32,925 nucleotides of DNA, taken from positions 16,098-49,022 of the forward strand of contig JBBIKR010000020.1 of NCBI GenBank assembly GCA_037445395.1. The letters run 5' to 3'. Origin of the DNA: Thermoflexales bacterium. GTDB taxonomy: Bacteria; Chloroflexota; Anaerolineae; B4-G1; DUEL01. Shown piece by piece: positions 25,502 through 32,925 of the stretch. A model generated the notes under the pieces. That model made no database searches. It saw nothing but the letters and a program-made list of their open reading frames with translations, and was not told the origin of the DNA. Position numbers and translations under genes: made by a program. Within the stretch, counting starts at the first letter, position 1. The number at the start of each line of letters is the position of its first letter.

Positions 25502-26854
25502 ATGACCTACCGCGAAGCGATAGAGTACCTTCATAGCCTGACCGACTACGAGAAACGGCGGATTGAGCGCTACTCGCCGGAGACGCTGGACCTTTCCCGC
25601 GTGGAGCGTCTGCTGGACATGGTGGGCAACCCCCACCGCCTCTACCCGTCCGTCCACGTCGCCGGAACCAAGGGGAAAGGCTCCACCTCGGCGATGATAG
25701 AATCGGCCCTGCGCGCGGCCGGATACCGGACCGGCTTCTACACCTCCCCCCATCTCCACACCTTCCGCGAGCGCATCCGCATCGGCGCCGACCTGATCTC
25801 CCGCCAGGACGTCATCGCGCTGGTGGAGGAATTCCGCCCGCTGATTGCTCGCATCCCCGGCGTGACCACCTTTGAGGCCATCACTGCCATTGCCTTCACC
25901 TACTTCGCCCGCCGGAAGATAGACGTTCTGGTCGCCGAGGTCGGTCTGGGTGGACGGCTGGACGCCACCAACGTCATCCGCCCGGAGGTAGCCGTCATCA
26001 CCTCCCTGAGCCTGGACCATACCTATCTCCTGGGAAACACGCTGCCGGAAATCGCGGCGGAGAAGGCCGGCATCATCAAGGACGGTATCCCCGTCGTCAC
26101 CGCGCCGCAGCGCCCGGAGGCGCTGGCCGTCATAGAGGAGACGGCGCGCGCCCGCCAGGCCCCCCTGGTGGAAGTGGGACGGGATTGGGTCTGGGAGCCC
26201 GGTCCCTTTGACCTGAAAGGGCAGTCCTTCACCGCCCGCCGCGTCGGGGAGGGGCGAGACGATCTGGCCGGGGAGTACTGGATTCCCCTGCTGGGCCGTC
26301 ATCAACTGGAAAACGCGACCACGGCCCTGGCCGCGCTCCAGATTCTCCTGGAACGGGGCTTCCGCCTCCCCCGCGCAGCCGTGGAGGAGGGGCTCCGGAA
26401 GGTGGAGTGGCCGGGGCGGCTGGAAATCCTCAGCACCGACCCGCTGGTGGTGGTGGATTGCGCCCACAACCCGTACTCCACCGAAGTCCTGCGGGAGACG
26501 CTGCGGGAGTGGTTCCCGGGCCGTCGGTGGGTGCTCATCTTCGGCGCGTCGGCCGACAAGGACATCCCCGGGATGATGCGGGCCCTCCTCCCCATTACCG
26601 ACTACCTCATCGTCACCCGCTCCGACCATCCCCGCTCCGCCACCCCGGTGGAACTGGCGGACATCGCCGCGTCGGTGGGCGGAGGGGCCGAGATCGCCGT
26701 CAACATCCGGCGCGCGTTCCAGCGGGCCCTGACGCTTCTCAGGCCGGATACCGGCATCCTGGTCACCGGCTCCATCTTCCTGGTCGCCGAGGCCCGGGAA
26801 GAATGGGCCGACCGCAACGGCCAACCCCTGCCCGAAAACGACCGAACCGAGTAA
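25502..26854 (+). CDS. folC: bifunctional folylpolyglutamate synthase / dihydrofolate synthase
   Basis: 450 aa from MTYREAIEYLHSL.... P-loop VAGTKGKGST, ...SPHLHTFRERI..., ...EVGLGGRLDATNV..., ...VVVDCAHNP.... Confidence 0.92.
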   Translation: MTYREAIEYLHSLTDYEKRRIERYSPETLDLSRVERLLDMVGNPHRLYPSVHVAGTKGKGSTSAMIESALRAAGYRTGFYTSPHLHTFRERIRIGADLISRQDVIALVEEFRPLIARIPGVTTFEAITAIAFTYFARRKIDVLVAEVGLGGRLDATNVIRPEVAVITSLSLDHTYLLGNTLPEIAAEKAGIIKDGIPVVTAPQRPEALAVIEETARARQAPLVEVGRDWVWEPGPFDLKGQSFTARRVGEGRDDLAGEYWIPLLGRHQLENATTALAALQILLERGFRLPRAAVEEGLRKVEWPGRLEILSTDPLVVVDCAHNPYSTEVLRETLREWFPGRRWVLIFGASADKDIPGMMRALLPITDYLIVTRSDHPRSATPVELADIAASVGGGAEIAVNIRRAFQRALTLLRPDTGILVTGSIFLVAEAREEWADRNGQPLPENDRTE

Positions 26855-26880
26855 ACGGTATACGCAATACGGAGTACTGT
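26853..26880. repeat. Heptamer tandem repeat filling the folC-lon spacer
   Basis: aaacggt atacgca atacgga gtactgt. The GGAG of the third/fourth unit sits 7 nt before the lon ATG. Confidence 0.65.
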
Positions 26881-26881
26881 T

Positions 26882-29452
26882 ATGAACCGCGATTGGGGTG
26901 AATGGTGGACACAAATGGGCTGGTCACAGCCCGGGTTTTTCCCGTATTTTGACCAGTACGAGGAACAGGAGTTCCCCGAGGAACAGACGGAGGAGATCAT
27001 TGAGGGGCCGCTCCTGCCGCTGAGGGACATGGTCTTCTTCCCGCGCATGGTCGCCCCGCTGGTGGTGGCGCGGCCGTCGTCCATTGAGGCCGTAGAGGTG
27101 GCGCTGGAACTGGACGAGCCGCTCATCGCCGTGGCCCAACGGGACCCCCAGGTGGAAGAGGCGGGGCCGGAAGACCTCTACAACTTCGGCACCGACATCA
27201 TCATCGGGCGCATGCTCCGCATGCCCGACGGCACCATCAGCATCCTGGCCCAGGGCCATCAGCGGGTGCAGATTCTGGAGTACGTCCATCTGGAGCCCTA
27301 CATCCGGGTGCGGGCCATGCCCATCGTGGAGCCGACGGAGCGCTCCCGGATGACCGAGGCGCTGATGCGGGCCGTCCTCAACCTCTTTGAGCGGGTGGTC
27401 CAGTTGAGCCACAACCTGCCCGAAGACCTCTACGTCTTCGCCCTGAACATCCGGGAGCCCGGCTGGCTGGCGGACCTGATCGCCCAGAGCCTCAACCTGG
27501 ATACCGCCCAGCGGCAGGAGGTCCTGGAGACGCTGGACCCCACCGCCCGCCTGCAACGGGTCAACGTCCTGCTGGCGAAGGAACTGGACGTCCTGGAACT
27601 GGAGGACAAAATCCACTCCCAGGTCCAGCAGGAGATGGACCGCTCTCAGCGGGAGTACTTCCTGCGGGAGCAGATGAAGGCCATCCAGACGGAACTGGGG
27701 GAGACGGATACCTTCACCCAGGAGTTGAATCAGTTGCGGGAGCGGATAGAGCAGGCCCAGTTCCCGCCGGAGGTGCGCGCCCAGGCGGAGCGGGAACTGG
27801 CCCGGCTGGCCGCCATGCCGCCCATGGCCCCCGACGTCGGCATTATCCGCACCTACCTGGACTGGCTGCTGGAACTCCCCTGGACCGAGGAGACGGAGGA
27901 CAATCTGGACCTCAACCACGTCGCCGAGGTGCTGGAATCTTCCCACTACGGCCTGCCGAAGGCCAAAGAGCGCATCCTGGAGTACATCGCGGTCAAAAAA
28001 CTGGCCCCCGAGAAGATGCGCAGTCCCATTCTCTGCTTTGTGGGCCCTCCGGGGACGGGAAAGACCAGCCTGGGGCAGGCCATCGCCAAAGCGCTGGGCC
28101 GTAACTTCGTCCGGGTGAGTTTGGGCGGGGTGCGGGACGAGGCGGAGATTCGCGGACATCGCCGGACGTACATCGGTGCTCTTCCGGGCCGCATCATCCA
28201 GACCATGCGCCGCGCCAGGACGATCAACCCCGTCTTCATGCTGGACGAGGTGGACAAACTGGGGCTGGATTTCCGGGGCGACCCGGCGGCGGCGCTCCTG
28301 GAAGTCCTGGACCCGGAGCAGAACCATGCCTTCTCCGACCACTACCTGGAGGTCCCGTACAATCTCTCCAAAGTCTTCTTCATCACCACGGCCAACACCC
28401 TGGACCCGGTACCGCCCGCGCTGCGGGACCGAATGGAGGTGATAGAGTTTCCGTCCTACGTGGAGGAGGAGAAACTGGAAATTGCCCGCCGGTTCCTCAT
28501 TCCCCGGCAGATAGAGGAGAACGGGCTGAACGGGCACCCGGTCACGTTCACCGATGCGGCCCTGCGGCGCATCATCCGGGAGTACACCTACGAGGGCGGG
28601 GTGCGCAATCTGGAGCGGGAGATTGCCAACATCTGCCGCAAAGCGGCCCGGCGGCTGGCGGAGGGGAAGAAGCCGTTGACCCGGGTCGCTCCGGCCGACC
28701 TGCCCCGCTATCTGGGCCCGCCCCGCTACCCGCGCGACGAGGCGGAGGAGAAGGACGAGGTCGGGCTGGCCATGGGGCTGGCGTGGACGGAGGCGGGCGG
28801 CGACCTGATGCCCGTGGAGGTCGCCCTGATGCCCGGCAAGGGCAACCTGACCCTCACCGGTCAACTGGGCGAGGTGATGCAGGAGTCGGCCCAGGCGGCG
28901 CTCAGTTACGCCCGTTCCCGCTCCAGAGACCTGGGCGTGAACCCGGAGACCTTTGAGAAGACGGATATCCACATCCACCTGCCGGAGGGGGCCATCCCCA
29001 AAGACGGCCCCTCGGCGGGCATCACTATGGCGACGGCGCTGATCTCTGCCCTCACCCACCGCCCGGTGCGGCGGAAAGTGGCGATGACGGGCGAAATCAC
29101 CCTGCGGGGACGGGTCCTGCCCGTGGGCGGGATCAAGGAGAAACTGCTGGCCGCCCACCGGGCCGGTATGAAGGAAGTCATCATCCCCAAGCGGAACCAG
29201 CCGGACCTGGTGGAGATTCCCCGCAAGGTGACGCGGGAACTGAAGGTGCGGCTGGTGGAGCAGATGGACGAGGTGCTGGAGATGGCGCTGCTCCCGCCCC
29301 GGCCATCAGAGGAGTCCGCTCAGCATCAGCCGAAGGCCCACCGGCCCCGCCGGTCGCGGACCCGCCAGAAGGAGCGGGAGGCCCCCACCGCCGGGTCGCC
29401 CCCGGCCCCCGGCCCCTCCCCTGCGAACGTCCCGGCGGGCGCGGCGATGTAG
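26882..29452 (+). CDS. lon: ATP-dependent Lon protease
   Basis: 856 aa. Lon N-domain ([23 protein letters not shown]), Walker [10 protein letters not shown], Walker B FMLDEVDK, and the protease Ser in [15 protein letters not shown] with a downstream Lys ([14 protein letters not shown]). Confidence 0.96.
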   Translation: MNRDWGEWWTQMGWSQPGFFPYFDQYEEQEFPEEQTEEIIEGPLLPLRDMVFFPRMVAPLVVARPSSIEAVEVALELDEPLIAVAQRDPQVEEAGPEDLYNFGTDIIIGRMLRMPDGTISILAQGHQRVQILEYVHLEPYIRVRAMPIVEPTERSRMTEALMRAVLNLFERVVQLSHNLPEDLYVFALNIREPGWLADLIAQSLNLDTAQRQEVLETLDPTARLQRVNVLLAKELDVLELEDKIHSQVQQEMDRSQREYFLREQMKAIQTELGETDTFTQELNQLRERIEQAQFPPEVRAQAERELARLAAMPPMAPDVGIIRTYLDWLLELPWTEETEDNLDLNHVAEVLESSHYGLPKAKERILEYIAVKKLAPEKMRSPILCFVGPPGTGKTSLGQAIAKALGRNFVRVSLGGVRDEAEIRGHRRTYIGALPGRIIQTMRRARTINPVFMLDEVDKLGLDFRGDPAAALLEVLDPEQNHAFSDHYLEVPYNLSKVFFITTANTLDPVPPALRDRMEVIEFPSYVEEEKLEIARRFLIPRQIEENGLNGHPVTFTDAALRRIIREYTYEGGVRNLEREIANICRKAARRLAEGKKPLTRVAPADLPRYLGPPRYPRDEAEEKDEVGLAMGLAWTEAGGDLMPVEVALMPGKGNLTLTGQLGEVMQESAQAALSYARSRSRDLGVNPETFEKTDIHIHLPEGAIPKDGPSAGITMATALISALTHRPVRRKVAMTGEITLRGRVLPVGGIKEKLLAAHRAGMKEVIIPKRNQPDLVEIPRKVTRELKVRLVEQMDEVLEMALLPPRPSEESAQHQPKAHRPRRSRTRQKEREAPTAGSPPAPGPSPANVPAGAAM

Positions 29453-29457
29453 GGCAC

Positions 29458-29506
29458 AGAGGGGATGAGGGGGGGCGGCGTCCGGCCGCCGCCCCTCATC
29501 CCCTCT
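29458..29506. terminator. GC-rich hairpin between convergent lon and glycosidase genes
   Basis: agaggggatgag(ggg)ggggcggcg / ccgccgcccctcatcccctct: about 16 bp with a 3-G bulge. Only a pyrimidine-rich tail follows, with no clean U-run. Confidence 0.45.
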
Positions 29507-29542
29507 TCTCTCCCCCGGCGGCTTTGCCGTCCCCTTCTCCGA

Positions 29543-30388
29543 TCACCGCTCCGCGACGATCACCGCCGGCACCGAAACACCGGAATCTATCTGCACCGTT
29601 GCCCTGCCTGTCCGGAAGTACAGGCCGGTAGACTGCCCTCCGTCCAGATTGAGCGCCACGTCCAGGTCCAGGTCCGACTCCAGCAGCCAGCGGGCCAGCG
29701 CGTGGAGCGAGAAGAAGCCATCCTGCGCAACGATGAACAGGACCCATCCGCTACGGTCCTGCGCCACCACGGTCCGGCGGGCCGTACGGCCATCGTCGGC
29801 ATCGGGAGGAAATCCCAGAACCCCGCCCGGTCGGACCAGTACTGGAAAGGACTGGACAGCCTCCACCAGAACCTCTGCGGGGTCGTAGGGGCGGGCCACC
29901 AGCCAGCGGACCTCCACCCTCCTGCCGGGGAGAACCGCAAACATCCCCCCGAAACCCGAATAGGTGGTCCCATACACCCGCCCGTTGCTGACCAGGAGGC
30001 CGGTGGCGGTATACTCCGGCGTGAAGTAGCCCCCGTTGACCACCAGCAGCGGCGACCACCCGGCATCCCTCAGCGAGGAAACCCACTCCGACACCCGCCG
30101 CCCCTCACCGGGATTATAGAGGACGCGAAAGCGGACCTGCCCCGGGTCCAGCCGAACCAGCGTCACCCGCTCCACCATCCCACCGTCCACCGCTACCCGC
30201 ATCCGGCGGATTTCGGCCCCGTCCCCCGCACCCAGCCAGCCCGTATCCGGCGGCTCAGGCGTGGGAGTGGGTGGCAGAGTCGGGGTCGCCGTCGGGGTGG
30301 GCGTGGGCGTCGGGGCGGGGAGAAGCCCGCAGGCCAGAGAAAGAAACAGCAACGATGTTGCCACCCATACTTTCAGACGATGCGGCAT
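29543..30388 (-). CDS. phosphodiester glycosidase family (DUF2233) lipoprotein
   Basis: From MPHRLKVWVATSLLFLSLACG (lipobox), a Pro/Thr-rich linker, then ...LLVVNGGYF...GLLVSNGRV...RTVVAQDRSGWVLFIV...ALNLDGGQSTGLY. The ORF track start at 30460 would read through the upstream repeat element. Confidence 0.8.
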   Translation of the reverse strand: MPHRLKVWVATSLLFLSLACGLLPAPTPTPTPTATPTLPPTPTPEPPDTGWLGAGDGAEIRRMRVAVDGGMVERVTLVRLDPGQVRFRVLYNPGEGRRVSEWVSSLRDAGWSPLLVVNGGYFTPEYTATGLLVSNGRVYGTTYSGFGGMFAVLPGRRVEVRWLVARPYDPAEVLVEAVQSFPVLVRPGGVLGFPPDADDGRTARRTVVAQDRSGWVLFIVAQDGFFSLHALARWLLESDLDLDVALNLDGGQSTGLYFRTGRATVQIDSGVSVPAVIVAER

Positions 30389-30411
30389 ATCACTGCACCC
30401 CTGCAACCACC

Positions 30412-30540
30412 ATTTCACCACGCTGATTTTTGGTGTTACCGCCGTAGCCAATCGGGCCAAACCAGACTACCAGAATTCACCTTGTAGTATGGGATTTATC
30501 CTGTTTCGCGCCACTTCCTGTCCCAATGCAGGATAAATCC
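30412..30540 (-). repeat. Interspersed about 130-nt element, copy 2, immediately upstream of the glycosidase gene
   Basis: The reverse complement aligns with 4707-4835 at about 108 of 129 positions by hand. Its ggtgaaat end lies 23 nt from the downstream ATG, against 24 nt for copy 1 and plsX. Confidence 0.6.
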
Positions 30541-30776
30541 CAATGGCACTAACTTTTCGCAGTTCCGCAAGACTCACTCTATGGGCAGTGCGATATGGCC
30601 CTGTTCCGTGTCATTGCGAGGGCGCAGAGCGCCCGAAGCAATCTCCTGAATGGCTTGTGGAGATTGCTTCGCCGCCTTTGGCGGCTCGCAATGACAGAGT
30701 GAGTTTTGCGTGATCGCCTTTCCGGGCTGCCGGCAGGCTCAAAAGCCCGCCCCACGTCCAAATGTTAGTGGCATTG
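30541..30776. mobile_element. MITE-like insertion (about 236 bp) with 13-bp terminal inverted repeats and a 10-bp flanking direct repeat
   Basis: TIRs are caatggcactaac (30541-30553) and gttagtggcattg (30764-30776), complementary at 12 of 13 positions. They are flanked by ggataaatcc at 30531-30540 and 30777-30786. No ORF of transposase size. The interior carries the cattgcgag palindrome pair. Confidence 0.45.
30610..30695. repeat. Inverted pair of 'cattgcgag...gaagcaatc' palindromic units, second locus
   Basis: gtcattgcgag-ggcgcagagcgcc-cgaagcaatctcc (30610-30646) and ggagattgcttcg-ccgcctttggcgg-ctcgcaatgac (30659-30695). Additional flanking inverted repeat actcactct/agagtgagt. Confidence 0.8.
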
Positions 30777-30903
30777 GGATAAATCCTGCGCTACAACGGT
30801 CATACAGTTCACATTCTGGCCCCATAGCGGCTAATCCTTATCACCAAAATTGTGATCAAATACTACCTGCCCTCTCCGGTCGGTAGCCCATTCTGCCCCT
30901 TCC

Positions 30904-31061
30904 CTTTTCCCGGTCGGCGAAGGCTGACCGAAGGCCGGAAGCCCAGAGAGGACGACTTCAGAAATCGGCCTGCCGGGCGCTTTCGCGCCCTCGTCGGCCC
31001 ACGCCGGCATCTTTTCCCGGTCGGCGAAGGCCGACCAGGCTGGAAGCCCAGAGAGGACGAC
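30904..31061. repeat. Two direct copies of a ~50-nt unit, about 107 nt apart
   Basis: cttttcccggtcggcgaaggc[t/c]gacc..ggc.ggaagcccagagaggacgac at 30904-30956 and 31011-31061. Each contains a ggtcggc-gaag-gccgacc hairpin. Confidence 0.75.
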
Positions 31062-31208
31062 GCCTCGGGCGAGCCCCACGGGGCGAGGCCCCTCGGGCCG
31101 TGGCCCTCGGCGTGGCCCTTCAGTCGGCGCTACCGGCGGCCAGACCGCGCCGCCGCCCCTGCCCTCCCTCCCCAGTATGCCGCAAAAACAGGTTTCGGTC
31201 AAGCCGGA

Positions 31209-31236
31209 TTGCCGATTAGGGATTCTGGGTTATAAT
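31209..31236 (+). promoter_or_regulatory. sigma-70-type promoter for the MBL-fold gene pair (TTGCCG-16-TATAAT)
   Basis: -35 at 31209-31214 and a consensus -10 at 31231-31236, about 168 nt upstream of ATG 31404. Confidence 0.5.
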
Positions 31237-31265
31237 TTTCGGAGAGGAGATAACGATTCAGGCTT

Positions 31266-31369
31266 CCTCACCCCTCCCCCGCCGCCTGCGGCGGCACCCC
31301 TTCCCCTCTCCTGACCTTCGGTCAGGAGAGGGGAAGGGGTAGCGGTGAAGCCGCTGGGGGTGGGGCTGA
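31266..31369 (+). repeat. Composite palindromic element predicted to fold as a four-way junction
   Basis: Outer stem cacccctccccc / gggggtgggg. Inner hairpins are ccgcc-tgc-ggcgg (31282-31294), a perfect 20-bp stem at 31297-31316 / 31320-31339, and agcgg-tgaag-ccgct (31341-31355). Confidence 0.7.
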
Positions 31370-31403
31370 ACAGTTACGGAAGAAGTCGATTGAGGAGTAA
31401 ATT

Positions 31404-32039
31404 ATGGAAATCATCTGGTACGGCCTCAACTGTTTCCGGTTAACGGAACGGGGAATGGCCACCGTCGTCACCGACCCCTATGGGCCGGAGGTCGGATTGA
31501 CCCTGCCCCGCCCCAAAGCCGATATTGTCACCGTCAGCCGGGACGTCCCGGAGTGCAACCATACCCGCGCCGTGCGGGGGCCGTTCCGGGTGCTGGATAC
31601 CCCCGGCGAATACGAAATCGGCGGCGTCTTCATCACCGCGATCCCCGCTTATACCGACAAGAAGAAGAGCGCGCTGAGCACCATCTTCCATTTTGATTAC
31701 GACGGGCTGACCATCTGCCACCTGGGACATCTGGGGCAGGCACCGACCCAATCACAGGTGGAGGCGCTGGGGGCGGTGGACATCCTGCTGATCCCCGTCG
31801 GCGGGGACGGCGGGCTCACCCCTGCCGAGGCGTCGGAGGTCATCAGCCTGCTGGAACCGGCCATCGTGGTGCCGATGTGGTACAAAATCCCCGGCCTGAC
31901 CCTCTCCCTGGGCACCCTGACCCGTTTCCTCAAACAGATGGGGGTGGAAAAGGCGGAACCACGGGATTCCCTGAAAATCGGGCAGGGAAACCTGCCGGAG
32001 GAGACCGAGATCGTCGTGCTGGCGCCCAGGATGGAGTAG
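31404..32039 (+). CDS. MBL-fold hydrolase-like protein with degenerate metal-binding motif
   Basis: 211 aa. MEIIWYGLNCFRL...VVTDPY...ADIVTVSRDVPECNH sits where HxHxDH is expected. ...GGVFITAIPA...ICHLGHLG...DILLIPVGG.... GAGGAG RBS. Confidence 0.75.
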   Translation: MEIIWYGLNCFRLTERGMATVVTDPYGPEVGLTLPRPKADIVTVSRDVPECNHTRAVRGPFRVLDTPGEYEIGGVFITAIPAYTDKKKSALSTIFHFDYDGLTICHLGHLGQAPTQSQVEALGAVDILLIPVGGDGGLTPAEASEVISLLEPAIVVPMWYKIPGLTLSLGTLTRFLKQMGVEKAEPRDSLKIGQGNLPEETEIVVLAPRME

Positions 32040-32045
32040 GGGCGT

Positions 32046-32080
32046 GATACGCAATACGGAATACGTGAAACGTGAAACGT
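32046..32080. repeat. Heptamer tandem repeat (RAWACGN x5) in the spacer between the two MBL-fold genes
   Basis: gatacgc aatacgg aatacgt gaaacgt gaaacgt. atacgcaatacgga is shared with 26859-26873. Confidence 0.8.
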
Positions 32081-32097
32081 GATTCAGGAGAGGGAAA

Positions 32098-32739
32098 ATG
32101 ACACCGGAAGAACTGGTTCAACGACTGCACTGGCTGGGACACGACAGTTTTCGGCTGGACGGTCCCCCGGTCATCTACTTTGACCCCTGGAAACTGAAGG
32201 GGAAACCACCGGTAGCGGACCTGATCCTGGTGAGCCACGAGCACTTTGACCATTGCTCGCCGGACGACGTGGCGAAGGTCTGCGGGCCGAATACGGTGGT
32301 CCTGACCGGAGGCACGGCGGCAGGGCAACTGAAGGGTGCCCGCGCTGTCCGCCCCGGCGACCGGATGACGGCGGCGGGGGTAGAGGTGGAGGCGGTCCCG
32401 GCCTACAACATCAACAAGTTCCGCGCCCCAGGCCAGCCCTTCCACCCCAAAAACGCCGGGCATGTGGGCTATGTGGTCACCGTAGAGGGGGTTCGCCTCT
32501 ACTTCGCCGGAGATACCGACGCCATCCCCGAAATGGCCCGGATCGCCTGCGACGTGGCGCTCCTGCCCGTCAGCGGGACCTACGTGATGACGGTGGAGGA
32601 GGCGGTGGAGGCCGCCCGGACGCTGAAGCCGGCCATCGTCGTCCCCATGCACTACGGAGCCGGTATCGGCACGCCGCAGGACGGAGAGCGGTTCACCACC
32701 CTCTACCCGGGTCGCACGATGGTGTTGCGCGTAGAGTAA
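32098..32739 (+). CDS. MBL-fold metallo-hydrolase
   Basis: 213 aa. Intact LILVSHEHFDHCS (HxHxDH), ...GHVGYVV...YFAGDTD...LLPVSGTYVM...[18 protein letters not shown]. Confidence 0.85.
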   Translation: MTPEELVQRLHWLGHDSFRLDGPPVIYFDPWKLKGKPPVADLILVSHEHFDHCSPDDVAKVCGPNTVVLTGGTAAGQLKGARAVRPGDRMTAAGVEVEAVPAYNINKFRAPGQPFHPKNAGHVGYVVTVEGVRLYFAGDTDAIPEMARIACDVALLPVSGTYVMTVEEAVEAARTLKPAIVVPMHYGAGIGTPQDGERFTTLYPGRTMVLRVE

Positions 32740-32756
32740 GAGCGTGTCTGAAAATT

Positions 32757-32925
32757 CGCTCGTAGTCCGGCACGGAGCGCCGTGGAGTGCCGGTACAGGC
32801 GCGACTCCGCTTCGCTTCGTAGCGCACTACAAACGCCCCCGCGTTCGTAGTCCGGCACGGAGCGCAGCGGGTGCCGGTACAGGCGCGACTCCGCTTCGCT
32901 TCGTAGCGCACTACAAACGCCCCCG
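32757..32925. repeat. 84/85-bp direct tandem repeat, two copies, running off the window edge
   Basis: cgtagtccggcacggagcgc...gtgccggtacaggcgcgactccgcttcgcttcgtagcgcactacaaacgcccccg starts at 32761 and again at 32846. The copies differ only in a ~12-nt patch (cgtggagt versus agcgggt, a 1-nt indel) inside a ccggca/tgccgg hairpin. Confidence 0.85.

Noticed and set aside
25232-29158. Long minus-strand ORFs 25232..26914 (560 aa) and 26924..29158 (744 aa)
   Set aside because: They are antisense to folC and lon respectively, have no recognisable motifs and are G/R/P/A-rich. They are high-GC shadow ORFs.
29465-30487. 340-aa plus-strand ORF
   Set aside because: It is antisense to the phosphodiester glycosidase gene and runs into the repeat element. 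The sequence is Arg/Pro/Gly-rich with no domain signature.
30831-31235. ORFs 30831..31202 (-) and 30852..31235 (+)
   Set aside because: Both lie in the repeat-packed interval and overlap each other on opposite strands. Their sequences are dictated by the 50-nt direct repeats and GC-rich reiterations. No RBS or domain is present.
31266-31369. Possible tRNA or tRNA-like gene because of the cloverleaf-type topology
   Set aside because: The arm lengths (a 20-bp central helix and 5-bp side hairpins with 3-5-nt loops) do not fit a tRNA. There are no GTTCRANNC T-loop, D-loop or anticodon-loop features. Part of the element recurs as a dispersed repeat.
32757-32925. Possible CRISPR array
   Set aside because: The 84/85-bp units abut directly with no unique spacers. 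The unit length is far above CRISPR repeat size, and no cas genes are nearby.

Overview
High-GC (about two-thirds G+C by eye) bacterial chromosomal segment with about 28 credible protein genes, mostly housekeeping. I found no rRNA, tRNA or CRISPR array. All calls come from reading motifs in the supplied translations, with no database search.

Genes, left to right:
- NUDIX CoA-pyrophosphatase-like gene, acyl-CoA dehydrogenase, GAF sensor histidine kinase and L,D-transpeptidase, all on the minus strand.
- plsX-fabF.
- A NERD-like and GIDE-like membrane protein pair.
- pcm.
- An 826-aa polytopic spermidine-synthase-like membrane protein.
- uvrA and a SAM methyltransferase.
- A membrane-anchored thioredoxin-like gene interrupted by one in-frame TGA.
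- A five-gene glycan-assembly operon: GT2, polyprenyl diphosphate synthase, GT2, GT4, GT39-like.
- A 4Fe-4S ferredoxin.
- yceD-rpoD, folC and lon.
- A phosphodiester glycosidase lipoprotein.
- Two tandem MBL-fold hydrolases.

The most interesting signal is the TGA at 16257-16259. It sits exactly where the first Cys of the thioredoxin CxxC motif belongs (reads T-[TGA]-S-A-C), and a stem-loop follows at bacterial SECIS-like distance. This makes it a candidate UxxC selenoprotein rather than two small ORFs.

The second theme is a dense set of short interspersed repeat families:
- A roughly 130-nt element found at the same spacing and orientation in front of two unrelated genes.
- A nested MITE-like insertion.
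- 'cattgcgag' palindrome pairs.
- GTTTTGC hairpin elements bracketing yceD-rpoD.
- Heptamer and nonamer tandem repeats at gene junctions.
- A palindrome embedded in a coding region.
- An 84/85-bp tandem repeat at the right edge.

The repeat families and gene content are reminiscent of thermophilic Chloroflexota. That is only an impression.
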